NCBI GenBank assembly: GCA_035063585.1
Contig: JAPSGB010000019.1
Location: 21,398 to 85,397, forward strand
Length of the DNA: 64,000 nucleotides
Source: Polyangiaceae bacterium
GTDB taxonomy: Bacteria; Myxococcota_A; Polyangia; Polyangiales; Polyangiaceae
Direction: 5' to 3'
The notes under the pieces were generated by a model. It ran no database searches. It had not been told where the DNA came from and saw only the letters and a program-made list of their open reading frames with translations. A program made the translations under genes and the position numbers. Of the stretch, positions 36,977 to 47,570 are shown piece by piece. Every line of letters begins with the position of its first letter. Position 1 is the first letter of the stretch.

Positions 36977-38383
36977 ATGTCGGAGACGAGCGACCGCTAT
37001 GAGCTCGTGGTCATCGGTGCCGGGCCCGCGGGCGAGAAGGGCGCCGCGCAGGCGGCCTACTTCGGCAAGCGAGTGGCCGTCATCGAGCAAGCGGACGAGC
37101 CCGGGGGCGCCGCGGCGCACACCGGTACGCTGCCGAGCAAGACGCTCCGCGAGACGGCGCTCTATCTGTCCGGTCATCGCGCGCGGGAGCTCTACGGAGT
37201 CGCGGTGCGGCTCGATCCGAGCGCGACCGTGCCGCACCTCATGGCCCGCAAGAACGCCATCGCGGCGGACGCGTCGCGGTCCATTCGCGAGAACCTCGCT
37301 CGCCACGCGATCACCTACATCGACGGGCACGCGCGCTTCATCGACGCGAAGACCGTGCGCGTGTCGGGCCCCTCCGGCTCGCGCGACGTCGCCGGAGAGA
37401 AGTTCCTCATCACGACCGGCTCGCGCCCGTTTCGCCCGAACGACATCGATTTCTCGGACGATTGCATCCACGACAGCGACGAGGTGCTCGGTATCGAGAG
37501 GCTCCCCGCCTCGCTGGTGATCTTGGGCGGCGGGGTGATCGGCTGCGAGTACGCCTCGATGTTCGCCGCCCTCGGCGTCAAGGTCACGCTGGTGGACGCG
37601 CGGAGCGAGATCCTGCCGTTCCTCGACGGTGAGCTCATCGCGCGGCTGCGTGACGCGATGACCCGGCTCGGGATAGAGCTCGTGCAAGGCCGGAAGTGGA
37701 GCGGAGTGCGGCGCGAGGGGAGCGCGCTCGCGACCACGCTCGCGGACGGCAGCCGACTCGTGAGCGACCAGCTCCTCTTCGCGGCGGGTCGCGTCGGCAA
37801 CACCGGCGAGCTCGGGCTCGACGCCATCGGCATCACACCGGACGCTCGCGGCTATCTCGCGGTCGACCGCGAGTATCGCACGAGCGCGCCGAACGTCTGG
37901 GCAGCGGGAGACGTGATCGGATTTCCCGCGCTCGCGTCGGTCTCGATGGAGCAGGGCCGGGTCGCGATGTGTCACGCCTTTGATTTCGCCTACAAGCGCG
38001 CGGTCGATGCCCTGATGCCCTACGGCATCTACACCATCCCCGAGGTGAGCGCGGTCGGCGAGACGGAGGAGTCGTGTCGCGCGAAGGGCATCCCCTTCGT
38101 GGTCGGGCGGGCGCTCTACCGAGACAACGCGCGCGGCAAGATTACCGGCGATCTCGAAGGGATCACCAAGCTCATCGCGCACGCCGAGTCGCGCCGGCTG
38201 CTCGGGGTTCACGTGATCGGCGAGCGGGCCACCGAGCTGGTTCACATCGGTCAGGCCGCGATCCACGCGGCGGCGCCAGTCGATCTCTTCATCGACATGG
38301 TCTTCAATTACCCGACGCTCGCCGAGTCCTATAAGTACGCTGCTTACGACTGCCTCGGCGCGCTCGCACGCGAGCCTCGCTAG
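36977..38383 (+). CDS. sthA: Soluble pyridine nucleotide transhydrogenase
   Basis: GAGPAG, HTGTLPSKTLRE lacking the CxxxxC disulfide, GGGVIGCEYAS, GDVIGFP, FNYPTLAESYK. Confidence 0.92.
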   Translation: MSETSDRYELVVIGAGPAGEKGAAQAAYFGKRVAVIEQADEPGGAAAHTGTLPSKTLRETALYLSGHRARELYGVAVRLDPSATVPHLMARKNAIAADASRSIRENLARHAITYIDGHARFIDAKTVRVSGPSGSRDVAGEKFLITTGSRPFRPNDIDFSDDCIHDSDEVLGIERLPASLVILGGGVIGCEYASMFAALGVKVTLVDARSEILPFLDGELIARLRDAMTRLGIELVQGRKWSGVRREGSALATTLADGSRLVSDQLLFAAGRVGNTGELGLDAIGITPDARGYLAVDREYRTSAPNVWAAGDVIGFPALASVSMEQGRVAMCHAFDFAYKRAVDALMPYGIYTIPEVSAVGETEESCRAKGIPFVVGRALYRDNARGKITGDLEGITKLIAHAESRRLLGVHVIGERATELVHIGQAAIHAAAPVDLFIDMVFNYPTLAESYKYAAYDCLGALAREPR

Positions 38384-39952
38384 ATGGGGAGCTCGCGCCT
38401 CGTCGCTTGGCTCTCGCGCCACGCGGGAGCGTTGCTCGCGCTGGTGCTCTGCTTCGTCTACCTGCCGTCGCTCTCCCGCGAGTTCCTGAACTACGACGAC
38501 CCCTGGCTGGTCGAGAAGAGCGCCCTCTTGCAGCGGGCGAGCTTGCAGGATCTCCGCGCGATTTGGCTCGATTTTTCGCGCGAGACGCGCCTCGCGCTGG
38601 GCGCCGAGTACCTGCCGGTCCGCGACACGAGCCTCTTCATCGAGGCGCATCTCTGGGGCCTCCGAGCGCTCCCCCTGCGGCTCACGAACCTCGCCATCTA
38701 CCTCGGCGCCATCCTGCTCCTCCGCGCCGCGCTGCTTCGCACCTTGGAGAGCCGAGTGGCCGCCGAGGGCGCCGCGTGGCTCTTCGCGCTCCACCCGGTG
38801 CACGTCGAGAGCGTGGCGTGGGTCGCAGGCCGCAAGGACGTGCTCGCGCTCTTCTTCGTCTCTGCCGCGCTCGCCGCGCAAGCGCAGGCTTCGAGATTTC
38901 GGTGGTGGCTGGTGCCGCTCACGCTCGCTCTCGCGCACCTCTCGAAGGCGGTGAGCGTGACGGCAATTCTGCTCCTCGTCGCCCAAGATCTCCTGGCGCG
39001 ACGCCGACTCGAGGCGCGCCTGTACGCGCCCGTCGCGGCCGTCGCCGCGGGCGCGCTCTACGTCGCGCTAGAGGTAGGCGGCGCGGTCGAGATGATGGCG
39101 CCGTGGCCCGGTGGCTCGCGGCTCGCAACCGCAGAGACCATGGGGCCGGTGTGGCTCCGATACCTGGCCTCGTGCGCGTGGCCCACGAGACTCTCGCTCG
39201 TCTATGACGTCCCCGTACTCGCGAGCTGGACGGCGGGAGCCCTGGCGGGCTACGCGGTCATCGCCGGCTGGGCGCTTGGCGCGCTCGCGCTCCTTCGCCG
39301 GCAGCGACCGCTCGCGGCGGCGAGCTTCCTCTGGTTTGCCGGGTCGCTCGCGCCGGTGAGCCAGCTCATCGTCCCGCTGCAAAACCTGATGGCGGACAGG
39401 TACCTGCTCTTCGGCGTGATGGGGCCTTGCCTGCTGCTCGCGTCGACGCTCGCGCGGTGGCCGGGCGGCGGAGCCGCGGCGCTCGGCGGCGTGGCCGCGC
39501 TGCTCTCCGGCCCCGCGGCCCATAGGGCCTCGCTGTTCGCGCGAAGCGAGCTCATCTTTCGCGACGCAGCCGAGAAGACCGAGGCCTCGCCCATCGCCCC
39601 CTACCAACTCGGCGTGGCCTTCGAGACGAACGGCGATTACGCGAACGCCATCGTGTCCTATCGTGAGGTCCTCCGGCGCGCGCGGGCGGCCGACGAGGTG
39701 GGGCGTCGCGCCACCAACAACCTCGCGCGTGCTCTGGTACGCGAGGGCCGACTGGGCGAGGCCCTCGTCGTGCTCGAGCGGGGCCGCGAGCGGTTCCCCG
39801 GCGATCCCAAGATGCTCGACAACCTGACCAAGGTCCTCGCGCGCCTGGGCCGCGCCGGTGACGCGCAGCGCGCGCTCGAGGAGCTCCACCGGCGATTCCC
39901 GGATTACTCGTCGGGAGCCAGGCGGGTTCGTGAGCCCGCCGGGCCCCGATGA
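38384..39952 (+). CDS. TMTC-like GT-C membrane protein with C-terminal TPRs
   Basis: NYDD, YLPV, FALHPVHVESVAWVAGRKD, SK, ADRYL, TPR tail. Confidence 0.85.
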   Translation: MGSSRLVAWLSRHAGALLALVLCFVYLPSLSREFLNYDDPWLVEKSALLQRASLQDLRAIWLDFSRETRLALGAEYLPVRDTSLFIEAHLWGLRALPLRLTNLAIYLGAILLLRAALLRTLESRVAAEGAAWLFALHPVHVESVAWVAGRKDVLALFFVSAALAAQAQASRFRWWLVPLTLALAHLSKAVSVTAILLLVAQDLLARRRLEARLYAPVAAVAAGALYVALEVGGAVEMMAPWPGGSRLATAETMGPVWLRYLASCAWPTRLSLVYDVPVLASWTAGALAGYAVIAGWALGALALLRRQRPLAAASFLWFAGSLAPVSQLIVPLQNLMADRYLLFGVMGPCLLLASTLARWPGGGAAALGGVAALLSGPAAHRASLFARSELIFRDAAEKTEASPIAPYQLGVAFETNGDYANAIVSYREVLRRARAADEVGRRATNNLARALVREGRLGEALVVLERGRERFPGDPKMLDNLTKVLARLGRAGDAQRALEELHRRFPDYSSGARRVREPAGPR

Positions 39953-40049
39953 ACCTCTCGCGCGCGTGGCGTGCTGGTCGCTCCGTGGGTCGGTCCGGCG
40001 CGAGGCCACGGGCGTTGCGCCGCTAGTTGGTCCCGTCTAGCATCGACGC

Positions 40050-40379
40050 ATGTTCGCCGCGCTCGACCACGACACCCGGATGCTGCTCTTGAAGCTCGTC
40101 TGCGCGTTCGCGTGGACGGATCTCGAGCTCCACGAGGGTGAGCGCGCCTTCGTCGAGCGTCTCGTGAGTCGGCTCGAGCTCGGCGAGGCAGACCGCCGGC
40201 AGGTCGAGGAGTGGCTGACGGTCGCCCCCTCCCCGGGTTCCGTGGACGCCGCGGCCATCCCGCGCGAGCACCGAAAGACCTTCATCGAGGCCGCGCGGGC
40301 GATCATCTACGCCGACGGCGAGGTCGATGACGAGGAGCGCGAACAGCTCGACCGCTTGCGCGAGGCGCTGGCGGACTGA
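40050..40379 (+). CDS. TerB-family protein
   Basis: AWTDLELHEGE and IYADGEVDDEE motifs; TAGCAT 6 nt upstream. Confidence 0.82.
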   Translation: MFAALDHDTRMLLLKLVCAFAWTDLELHEGERAFVERLVSRLELGEADRRQVEEWLTVAPSPGSVDAAAIPREHRKTFIEAARAIIYADGEVDDEEREQLDRLREALAD

Positions 40380-40394
40380 GCCGAAGCGCAGCGA

Positions 40395-41132
40395 TCAGTC
40401 GCGGTCGAGCGGAGCGCCGTCGTCCTTCTGCTCGAGCCGAGCGACGTTCGATCCGGAGCCCTCGTTCCCGAACTCGATGACCTGCGCCCGGTACACGACC
40501 TCGCCGTCGTCGGTGCGGATCTCGCCCGAGACGTCTCGCTCGGCGAGTTGGTTCGATCGCGAGACGCTGAGGGTGGCGCTGCGGTCGCCCACCTTGACCT
40601 TGTAGCTCGTCTTCTCGCACGCGAGCTCGCGGCGCCCGACCAGACACGTCTCCGCGCCGCTCTCGAGCTGTCCTTGGTTGTCATCCGCGGCGAAGGCGGT
40701 CTTCCGCATCATGGCGTCGAAGTCGTTGACGTCACCGACCGCCGGCTTCCCGTCACGGTAGCGGGTCACCTTGGAGATATGCCCGGTCGACCAGAGGCGT
40801 TCGACGCGCAGGCGGGTCGCGGAGCGACCCTCGACCAGGGTGTAATCGAGCGTCACGACGTCGCCGTCGACCCCGATGACTTGCTCGGTCAGCATGAGCG
40901 GCGTCTTGCTGAAGCTGCCCGTGATGCGCTGAACCACGTAGTCTCCGATCCGGGGGCGCGCTGCCGGAGCAGCGTCGTCCGCCCACTTGGCGTCGATGCT
41001 CGTTCGCTCGTCGGACTTCGCCGGCGCAGCGTGGGCCCGGGCGACGGCTGGCGCCGTGACCACCTGGGGGGTGCTGCCGCACGCAGAGGCGAGGAGTACG
41101 GAGGATATCAGCCCGACGAGGGTGCGCGTCAT
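40395..41132 (-). CDS. Hypothetical beta-rich lipoprotein
   Basis: Lipobox LASAC; typical codon usage. Confidence 0.78.
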   Translation of the reverse strand: MTRTLVGLISSVLLASACGSTPQVVTAPAVARAHAAPAKSDERTSIDAKWADDAAPAARPRIGDYVVQRITGSFSKTPLMLTEQVIGVDGDVVTLDYTLVEGRSATRLRVERLWSTGHISKVTRYRDGKPAVGDVNDFDAMMRKTAFAADDNQGQLESGAETCLVGRRELACEKTSYKVKVGDRSATLSVSRSNQLAERDVSGEIRTDDGEVVYRAQVIEFGNEGSGSNVARLEQKDDGAPLDRD

Positions 41133-41193
41133 GGGCCTCGAATAGCCATGGCCGACACGCCTGGGCCAACTTTGCGGAGCGCGGCGTGGCGCC

Positions 41194-44100
41194 TCACTCC
41201 GGCGCGCGCGCCGGCCCCACGAGCGGGAAGGTGTCGCCCGACGCCGCGCCGAGCCGAAGCCGCGCGAGCGCGCGCTCCGCGAGGCGGGGAGCCCATGCGC
41301 CGGCGGCGGTCGCTGCGATCGAGGCGCCCACGGCGGTCGCCCAGCCGGCGGGGCCGAGCGGACGACAGCCGAAGAACCGGCCGACGCCGGGCGTCTGCAC
41401 GATCGCGGCGAGGAGCGCAGTCGAGGCGACCCCGGTGAGGATCACCGAACGACTCATGCCACCCGAGGTGATCGTCTGTCCGAGCTGCGAGCCCACCAGC
41501 GCGACCAGGCCGATGGTGCGCGCGCGCTCGGCGCTCCCGGTGAAGCGTCCGATGAGCCACGCGCTCCCGGCGCCGAGCGCGGTCACCGCGGCGCGCGACG
41601 CGATGTCCCGCGTGAGCGGCGCGCCGAGCGATGCGTCGGGGCCTTCCCGGGCGAGCGAGTCGAGCGTCTCTCTCGAGGGCGGGCGGAGCGCGATCGCCAT
41701 GGCGGGCGCGACGTCCGTGAGCAGGTTGACGAGCAAGAGCTGACGAGCGTTGAGCGGCGACTTGCCGTCGACCAAGGCCGCGGCGACGGTGAAGCCAATC
41801 TCTCCGAGGTTCCCGCCGACCAGGATGGACACCGCGTCGCGAACGGACGCCCACATGGCGCGACCCTCGACGATTGCGTCGACCAGCGTCTCGATGCGCT
41901 CGTCGGTGAGCACGACGTCGGCGGCTCCGCGCGCCGCAGAGGTGCTGCGCTCGCCGATCGCGACGCCGACGTTGGCGAGCCGAATTGCAGGCGCGTCGTT
42001 CGCCCCATCGCCGACCATGGCGACCACGCGACCAGCGCGCTGGAGGGCGCGGACGATCCGCACCTTCTGCGCCGGCGTGGCCCGCGCAAAGACCGTGACG
42101 CGCCCGATGCGAGCGTCGAGCTCCTCGTCACTCGAGAGAGCGAGCTCGGCGCCAGTCATCACCTCGCCGTCTCCGAGCAGAGCGAGCTCGGCGGCGATGG
42201 CCTGGGCGGTGCTCGGGTGATCTCCGGTGAGCATCACCGTGGTCACGCCCGCGCGGCGAAGCCGCGCGAGCGCCTCGGGCGCGGAGGGGCGCACGGGATC
42301 GCTGAACGCCAGCAGGCCGCGGAAGGTCAGCCCGCTCGGGCGCTCCGGCGCGAGCCCGTCGCCGGGTCCGCCCAGGCGCTCGGCCACCGCGATGACCCGT
42401 AGCCCGCGGAGCGCGAGGCGACTCGCCGCATCAGCGAGCGCACGCCGAGTCACCTCGTCGAGCGCGAGCTCGCCGTCCGAACGCCCCCAGCGCGCGCACT
42501 GAGGGACGATCACCTCGGGCGCGCCCTTCACGCTGAGGAGGACGCCGGCGTCGGTCCGGCTCAAGACGGCGTGGTAACCTCGCCCCGCCTCGAAGGGCAG
42601 CTCGATGCTGCGAGCCCAGCCCGGCGCGCCGTGCGCCTCACGCGCGCCGGCCGTCGAGGCAGCGCGGCGAAGCGCAAGATCGATGGGATCGGCGCTCCGC
42701 TCGCCGAGGCGCGAGTCGGGCGTAGCCCGAAGGCCTGCCGCGAGCACTCCGCGGAGCGGGCCGGTGAGCGCACGCGCCATCGCTTCCTCGGAGCCGTCGC
42801 TCACCGACGAGAGCTCGATGTTCCCTTGGGTGACGGTTCCGGTCTTGTCGACGCAGAGCACGTCCACCCGGCCGAGCGCCTCGATGCTACGCGCGTTGCG
42901 AACCAGCGCGCCGCGAGCGGAGAGGCGCTTCGCGGCGGCGAGCTGAGCCGCGGTCGCGAGCAACGGCAGCCCCTCGGGCACCGACGCCACCGCCAGGCTG
43001 ACCCCAGCGCCGATGAGATCCTCGAGGCGCCGGCCCCGGAGGAGCCCCGCGCCCACCAGTGCCGCTCCGGCGCCGAGCGCGATCGGGGTGGTGAGATCGA
43101 TGAGCGAGCGGAGGCGCAGTTCGACGCCGCTCTCGATCGGGCTGGGCGGGGCGTTCGCCGTGCCGCGGCGAGCCTCCGTCTCGTCGCCGGTCGCCACCAC
43201 GACCGCGGTGGCGCGGCCAGCGGCGATGCTGGTCCCCTCGAAGAGCATCGAGGCACGATCCGCGATCTCTTCCTCGAAGCTCGCGGCGGGTGTCTTCGAC
43301 GTCGGCATCGACTCCCCGGTGAGGCTCGAGGAGTCCACCTCGAGCGCTTCCGCGTCGAGCAAGCGACAATCAGCGGGGACCACGTCGCCGGCGGTGAGCA
43401 TGACGAGGTCTCCCGCGACCAGATCCGAGGAGCGCACCTCGACCAGCTCTCCGCCGCGACGGACCAGCGCGCGTCGAGCCGAGGCCGTCGTGAGCTCGCG
43501 GATGGCGCGCTCGGTGCGGAAGCGCTGTACGCCGCCCACCACCGCGTTGAAGACCATCACGCCGCCGACCACGGCGGCGTCACCGAACGACCCCACCACC
43601 GCGGAGAGCCCTGCGCCAGCCGCGAGCAGCGGCGCGAGCGGATTGAAGAGCTCATCGGTCACGGCCTCGGCGAGCTCGACCACCGCCGGTTTCACGCGCG
43701 GGCGCGGTTCGCGCCGTTCGATCGCCTGGGCGCGCGTGAGCCCGCGCTCGCTGGTGCCGAGCCGTGCGAGGACGCCTCGCGGATCGAGCGCATGCCAGGG
43801 CGTGCGGTCGCGCGGGGCGGGCAGCGCGCGGTTCACGAGGGCCGTCGTCGCGCGCAGCCCATTCATCATGGACATCACCGTGGCGGTGTTGACGACGGCG
43901 ATCACGCGCCGAGTGGTGAGCGGCAGGAGCCCGCCAGCGGACACCAGGGCCCCCATCGTCGCAGCGCCGAGGGCGATCTTCACGCTCTGCTTGGCGACTT
44001 GGCGCGCTTGCACGCACGCCTGCAGGATGAAGCGAACGTCCCCCAGATCGTCACCGCACACGAGGTGCGCGCCCCACGGTGGTGGAGCGCCGCGCGGGGC

Positions 44101-45630
44101 GAGCCCGATTCCGCAGTCGGCGCAGGCGAGCCCGACCGAGGAGCCGCGCGAGACCAGGCACACGGCGCGCCCCTCGCGCTGTAGACGGCGGATCCCGCCG
44201 CGGATCCCGGCGCCGCCCGAGATGACGTCATCGGCGCTCGAATCGTTCAGGGTCGACTCGTCCCCACCGGCGATGACCACGCGCATCTCGGCGGCGTGCG
44301 CCGCGGCGACCAACTCGTCGATGCCCGTCTGCGGGACGATCTCGAGCTCGGCCAGCGCGACGACCACTCCCGCGCGCGCCAAGGCGAGCACCAGCGCGCC
44401 GCGCGCGGCAAGATCGCTAGCGGCCTGCTCGAGGGCGTCGCCGAGCGGCGCTGCCGCTCGCGGAGGCGGGCAGAGCAGCCACTCACCATCCCGCTGGGAG
44501 GCCACCGGACGCTCCGGATCGAAGAGCCGGCGGACGACCTCGCGCACCTGCTCGGGTTCGATGGGCCCGGCCGGCGCGACCTCGCGGATCTCGAACTTGG
44601 CGCGCGGGACGAGCTCTCCGTCGATCACGAGGCAGTCGATACGGTCGAGGCGCCGGAGGACGCTGGGATCGGTGACGAGCACGTCACGCTCGGCGAGGGC
44701 TGCGCCGAGCTCTGCGGCGAAGGCGTCCCGTCCGTAGCGCGCTGGCTTCGGCAACCCACCGAAGAGAGCGGCGATGGCGCGCTGGAAGCTGCGCGTGGTG
44801 ATGAAGCTCACCCCGAAGCCGCCGAGCGAGACGATCCACGCGCGGTCCGCGTACTCCTCGATGGGGCCGCGCGGGAGCGGCATCGGCCGCGGCGCGACTC
44901 GTGCGCCGCCGAGCTCGTGGCTCGCCGCTTCGGCGCAGAGCTCGGGCTCGCGCCGCTCCCAGGTCCTCCGGCGCGCCCGGGCCTCTCTCAAGAGCGAGCG
45001 GCGATGAAGCGCGTCGACCAGCGAGCTCACCGGGCGCTGAGCCGCGCCTTGAGCCGCGGCGAGGGCGAGGTTCAAGACGAGCTCGGCGCGTCGGGGGCCG
45101 AGCCGCTCATCGAGGCCGTGCCGGAGCCGCGCCGACGATTTCAGCACCGCGAGGAGCGCGGCGGCGTTGCCAGCCACCGATGATGCCGGGACCAGGCTGA
45201 GCCGCAGCGCAGCGCCGGCCAGGAAGCCGGTGACGTCAGCGGCCAGCGCGAAGAGCAGGCGCTCTTCCGGCTCGCGGTCCGCGGGGTGCTCACGGCTGTC
45301 GTCACCGAAGCCGCCGCCATCGAGCCCGGCGAGTCGCTCCGCCTCTTCGACGACCCGTTCGAGGTGCGAGAGGCTGTAGGCGTTCTCTTCGAAGGAGACC
45401 ACCACGCGGCGGGTGTGCGGGTTGACCTCGGCCCAGCGGACCCGCCCGAGCCGTGCGAACTCCGCGCGCACGTGGCGCGCGAAGGACTCGAGCTCCTCTA
45501 CGGCGATCTCACGGTGCTCGATGTGCGCGCGGGTGGCGCCAGCCCAGGAGCGGCGCGTGCGCGGGCCGAGGAGCGCGAGCGCGTTCGAGAGGACGCTGGA
45601 CCACCGCATCATCGAGCCCCTAGATGACAC
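41194..45630 (-). CDS. Long P-type ATPase, CtpH/CtpI-like (degenerate N-terminal half)
   Basis: LTGES, VPEGLP, DKTGT, KGAPE, TGDH, GDGANDAP in the C-terminal half; 1478 aa. Confidence 0.92.
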   Translation of the reverse strand: MSSRGSMMRWSSVLSNALALLGPRTRRSWAGATRAHIEHREIAVEELESFARHVRAEFARLGRVRWAEVNPHTRRVVVSFEENAYSLSHLERVVEEAERLAGLDGGGFGDDSREHPADREPEERLLFALAADVTGFLAGAALRLSLVPASSVAGNAAALLAVLKSSARLRHGLDERLGPRRAELVLNLALAAAQGAAQRPVSSLVDALHRRSLLREARARRRTWERREPELCAEAASHELGGARVAPRPMPLPRGPIEEYADRAWIVSLGGFGVSFITTRSFQRAIAALFGGLPKPARYGRDAFAAELGAALAERDVLVTDPSVLRRLDRIDCLVIDGELVPRAKFEIREVAPAGPIEPEQVREVVRRLFDPERPVASQRDGEWLLCPPPRAAAPLGDALEQAASDLAARGALVLALARAGVVVALAELEIVPQTGIDELVAAAHAAEMRVVIAGGDESTLNDSSADDVISGGAGIRGGIRRLQREGRAVCLVSRGSSVGLACADCGIGLAPRGAPPPWGAHLVCGDDLGDVRFILQACVQARQVAKQSVKIALGAATMGALVSAGGLLPLTTRRVIAVVNTATVMSMMNGLRATTALVNRALPAPRDRTPWHALDPRGVLARLGTSERGLTRAQAIERREPRPRVKPAVVELAEAVTDELFNPLAPLLAAGAGLSAVVGSFGDAAVVGGVMVFNAVVGGVQRFRTERAIRELTTASARRALVRRGGELVEVRSSDLVAGDLVMLTAGDVVPADCRLLDAEALEVDSSSLTGESMPTSKTPAASFEEEIADRASMLFEGTSIAAGRATAVVVATGDETEARRGTANAPPSPIESGVELRLRSLIDLTTPIALGAGAALVGAGLLRGRRLEDLIGAGVSLAVASVPEGLPLLATAAQLAAAKRLSARGALVRNARSIEALGRVDVLCVDKTGTVTQGNIELSSVSDGSEEAMARALTGPLRGVLAAGLRATPDSRLGERSADPIDLALRRAASTAGAREAHGAPGWARSIELPFEAGRGYHAVLSRTDAGVLLSVKGAPEVIVPQCARWGRSDGELALDEVTRRALADAASRLALRGLRVIAVAERLGGPGDGLAPERPSGLTFRGLLAFSDPVRPSAPEALARLRRAGVTTVMLTGDHPSTAQAIAAELALLGDGEVMTGAELALSSDEELDARIGRVTVFARATPAQKVRIVRALQRAGRVVAMVGDGANDAPAIRLANVGVAIGERSTSAARGAADVVLTDERIETLVDAIVEGRAMWASVRDAVSILVGGNLGEIGFTVAAALVDGKSPLNARQLLLVNLLTDVAPAMAIALRPPSRETLDSLAREGPDASLGAPLTRDIASRAAVTALGAGSAWLIGRFTGSAERARTIGLVALVGSQLGQTITSGGMSRSVILTGVASTALLAAIVQTPGVGRFFGCRPLGPAGWATAVGASIAATAAGAWAPRLAERALARLRLGAASGDTFPLVGPARAPE

Positions 45631-45702
45631 GAATGAGCCGGTCGTTCTAGCGGCTTTCGGCGAGGCACGGGTCGCCTGGGGCAGCCTCCGGCGGCGCTCT
45701 CT

Positions 45703-46404
45703 TCAGTTCTGGTAACAGACCGCGTAATCGGGGAGGAGCTCGCTCGGCCGACAGGTCCACCCGGGTGGGCAGGCGCTCGGATCGTCGGTGCAGAAGGTGA
45801 TCCGGTTGGCCGCGAGGTCGCATTGACTCTCGCACTTCACCTCGTTGTATACGGGGACGTTCTGCTGGATAGTGACGCGCTCGCCGCAGCAGATCTGTCC
45901 GGGGCAGTCCCGCGCGCCGTCGCAGTAGACATCGGACGTCCCGCCCAGCATCGTGCCGATTGGCGTGCAAGTCGACACGTGCGTGGTGGTGTTTACCGCG
46001 CAGAACGCGTGAAGGGCGTCGCAGGTGGCGAGTCCGCACCCGACCTCGTTCGAGCCCGGGGGAGAGCCGGCGCCGCCGCCGCTGCCGCTCGCGCCGCCGC
46101 TGCCGCTCGCGCCGCCGCTGCCGCTCGCCCCGCCGCTGCCGCTCGCGCCGCCGCTGCCGCTCGCCCCGCCGCTGCCGCTCGCGCCGCCGCTGCCGCTCGC
46201 GCCGCCGCTGCCGCTCGCCCCGCCGCTCGCCCCGCCGCTGCCGCTCGCGCCGCCGCTGCCGCTCGCCCCGCCGCTGCCGCTCGCCCCGCCGCCGCCCGAC
46301 GCGCCGGTGCCGCCCGACGCGGCGCCGAATAGCTCGTCACCCGTCGCGCCCCCGCACGCGGTCGCGAGGAGCACCACTGCGGTCGAGTAGGCGAGGCGGT
46401 TCAT
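45703..46404 (-). CDS. Gly/Ser-rich repeat lipoprotein with Cys-rich C-terminal domain
   Basis: Lipobox LATAC; (GGASGS)n linker; CDG..DC...QICCG. Confidence 0.82.
   Translation of the reverse strand: MNRLAYSTAVVLLATACGGATGDELFGAASGGTGASGGGGASGSGGASGSGGASGSGGASGGASGSGGASGSGGASGSGGASGSGGASGSGGASGSGGASGSGGASGSGGGAGSPPGSNEVGCGLATCDALHAFCAVNTTTHVSTCTPIGTMLGGTSDVYCDGARDCPGQICCGERVTIQQNVPVYNEVKCESQCDLAANRITFCTDDPSACPPGWTCRPSELLPDYAVCYQN
46076..46285. repeat. 18-bp coding tandem repeat, 11 full copies plus one 12-bp variant
   Basis: CCGCCGCTGCCGCTCGC(G/C) units. Confidence 0.93.
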
Positions 46405-46451
46405 GGCGCCATTCTCGCCGACCTCACCCTCCTCCACAACCGACCCCGCCG

Positions 46452-47570
46452 CTAGCTCGGGTAGGCCCAGGTGTAGACGTGCGAGCCAGCAAACCGCTGC
46501 TCACCGGCCACATGGCCGAGCACCGGCTCTAGCGTATCCGCGTCGTAGAGCGCGAGACTCGCAGCGGGGCCGTACGACACCGCGTAGTGTCGCCCGTCGA
46601 GCGTCGCGGTCACGCCGCGCACGTTCGGGAGCTCGAGCACCCGCTCGAGGGTCGCGTTCGCCAGCCGCCACGAAGTGAGGAGCCCAGCGCGCGGCGTGGT
46701 CGCGAGCGCGCGCCCGCGCGCGCGGTCGACGCACACGCTGAGCGTCTCGCCGACGAGGCGCGCCGTGAGCTCGCCGGGCTCGCGCAGCTTGGTGAGCGGC
46801 GCGGTCCCCACGCGGAGCGACACGCCGCCCGCCGTGGTCTCCTCCGGCAGGCCGTCTCGCGGCGCAGAGACCACCGCGAACTCCCGCTTCCCGGCGAACG
46901 CGAGGTGGCCGGCGTTGATCCGCGGGTCGTCTACCGCGAAGCGCTCGAGCAGTCTCCGGCTCGCGACGTCGACGAAGGCCACGCACCCGGGTCGCTGGTC
47001 GTCGCCGAGCTCACCGCCGCCGTTGGTGACCGCGAGGGTCTTGCCGTCGTCGATCAGCTCGCAGTCGTGAGGGCGCGCACCGAAGGTCGGGAAGCGGTCG
47101 AGGGGAACCAGCGAGCGGCCATCTCGGACCGAGATGAACCCTTCGCGAGTACCAAGCTCGGTCTCGACGGCGAGGAGCGCGTCGCCGCCGCGCGTGAACG
47201 CGCCATGGCCGTAGAAGGCGTGCCCGGGGAGCGGCGTCAGCCGCGACAGCACGACGCGCTCGATCAAGTCGACCACGCATCCGCCCGGGCCCCGCTTCTC
47301 GAGCAGCACTGCCTCGTGCGGACGGCGCGGGTGCGGGCAGAAGCCGTGCGCGAGAAAATCCAGGCTGATCCGGCTGGGCGCGGGCTCGCGCGCGTCGAGG
47401 TCGAGGAGGTCGAGGGAGAAGAGCACCTCTCCCGTCGAGGCGCTCGCGAAGCGCGAGCCGCCGATCATCACGCCGAGCACGGTGCCGGCTCGCCGCGCCG
47501 GCGCGGGGGCGCGCCGCGCTCTCGACCGCGCGCCGTGGCGCGGCTTCCACGCCGCGCCGGCCGTCGTCAC
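46452..47570 (-). CDS. DUF1513-like beta-propeller protein
   Basis: AHG..HP, FYGHGAF, GARPH, VTNGG; GTG overlaps the ALDH stop. Confidence 0.75.
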   Translation of the reverse strand: MTTAGAAWKPRHGARSRARRAPAPARRAGTVLGVMIGGSRFASASTGEVLFSLDLLDLDAREPAPSRISLDFLAHGFCPHPRRPHEAVLLEKRGPGGCVVDLIERVVLSRLTPLPGHAFYGHGAFTRGGDALLAVETELGTREGFISVRDGRSLVPLDRFPTFGARPHDCELIDDGKTLAVTNGGGELGDDQRPGCVAFVDVASRRLLERFAVDDPRINAGHLAFAGKREFAVVSAPRDGLPEETTAGGVSLRVGTAPLTKLREPGELTARLVGETLSVCVDRARGRALATTPRAGLLTSWRLANATLERVLELPNVRGVTATLDGRHYAVSYGPAASLALYDADTLEPVLGHVAGEQRFAGSHVYTWAYPS

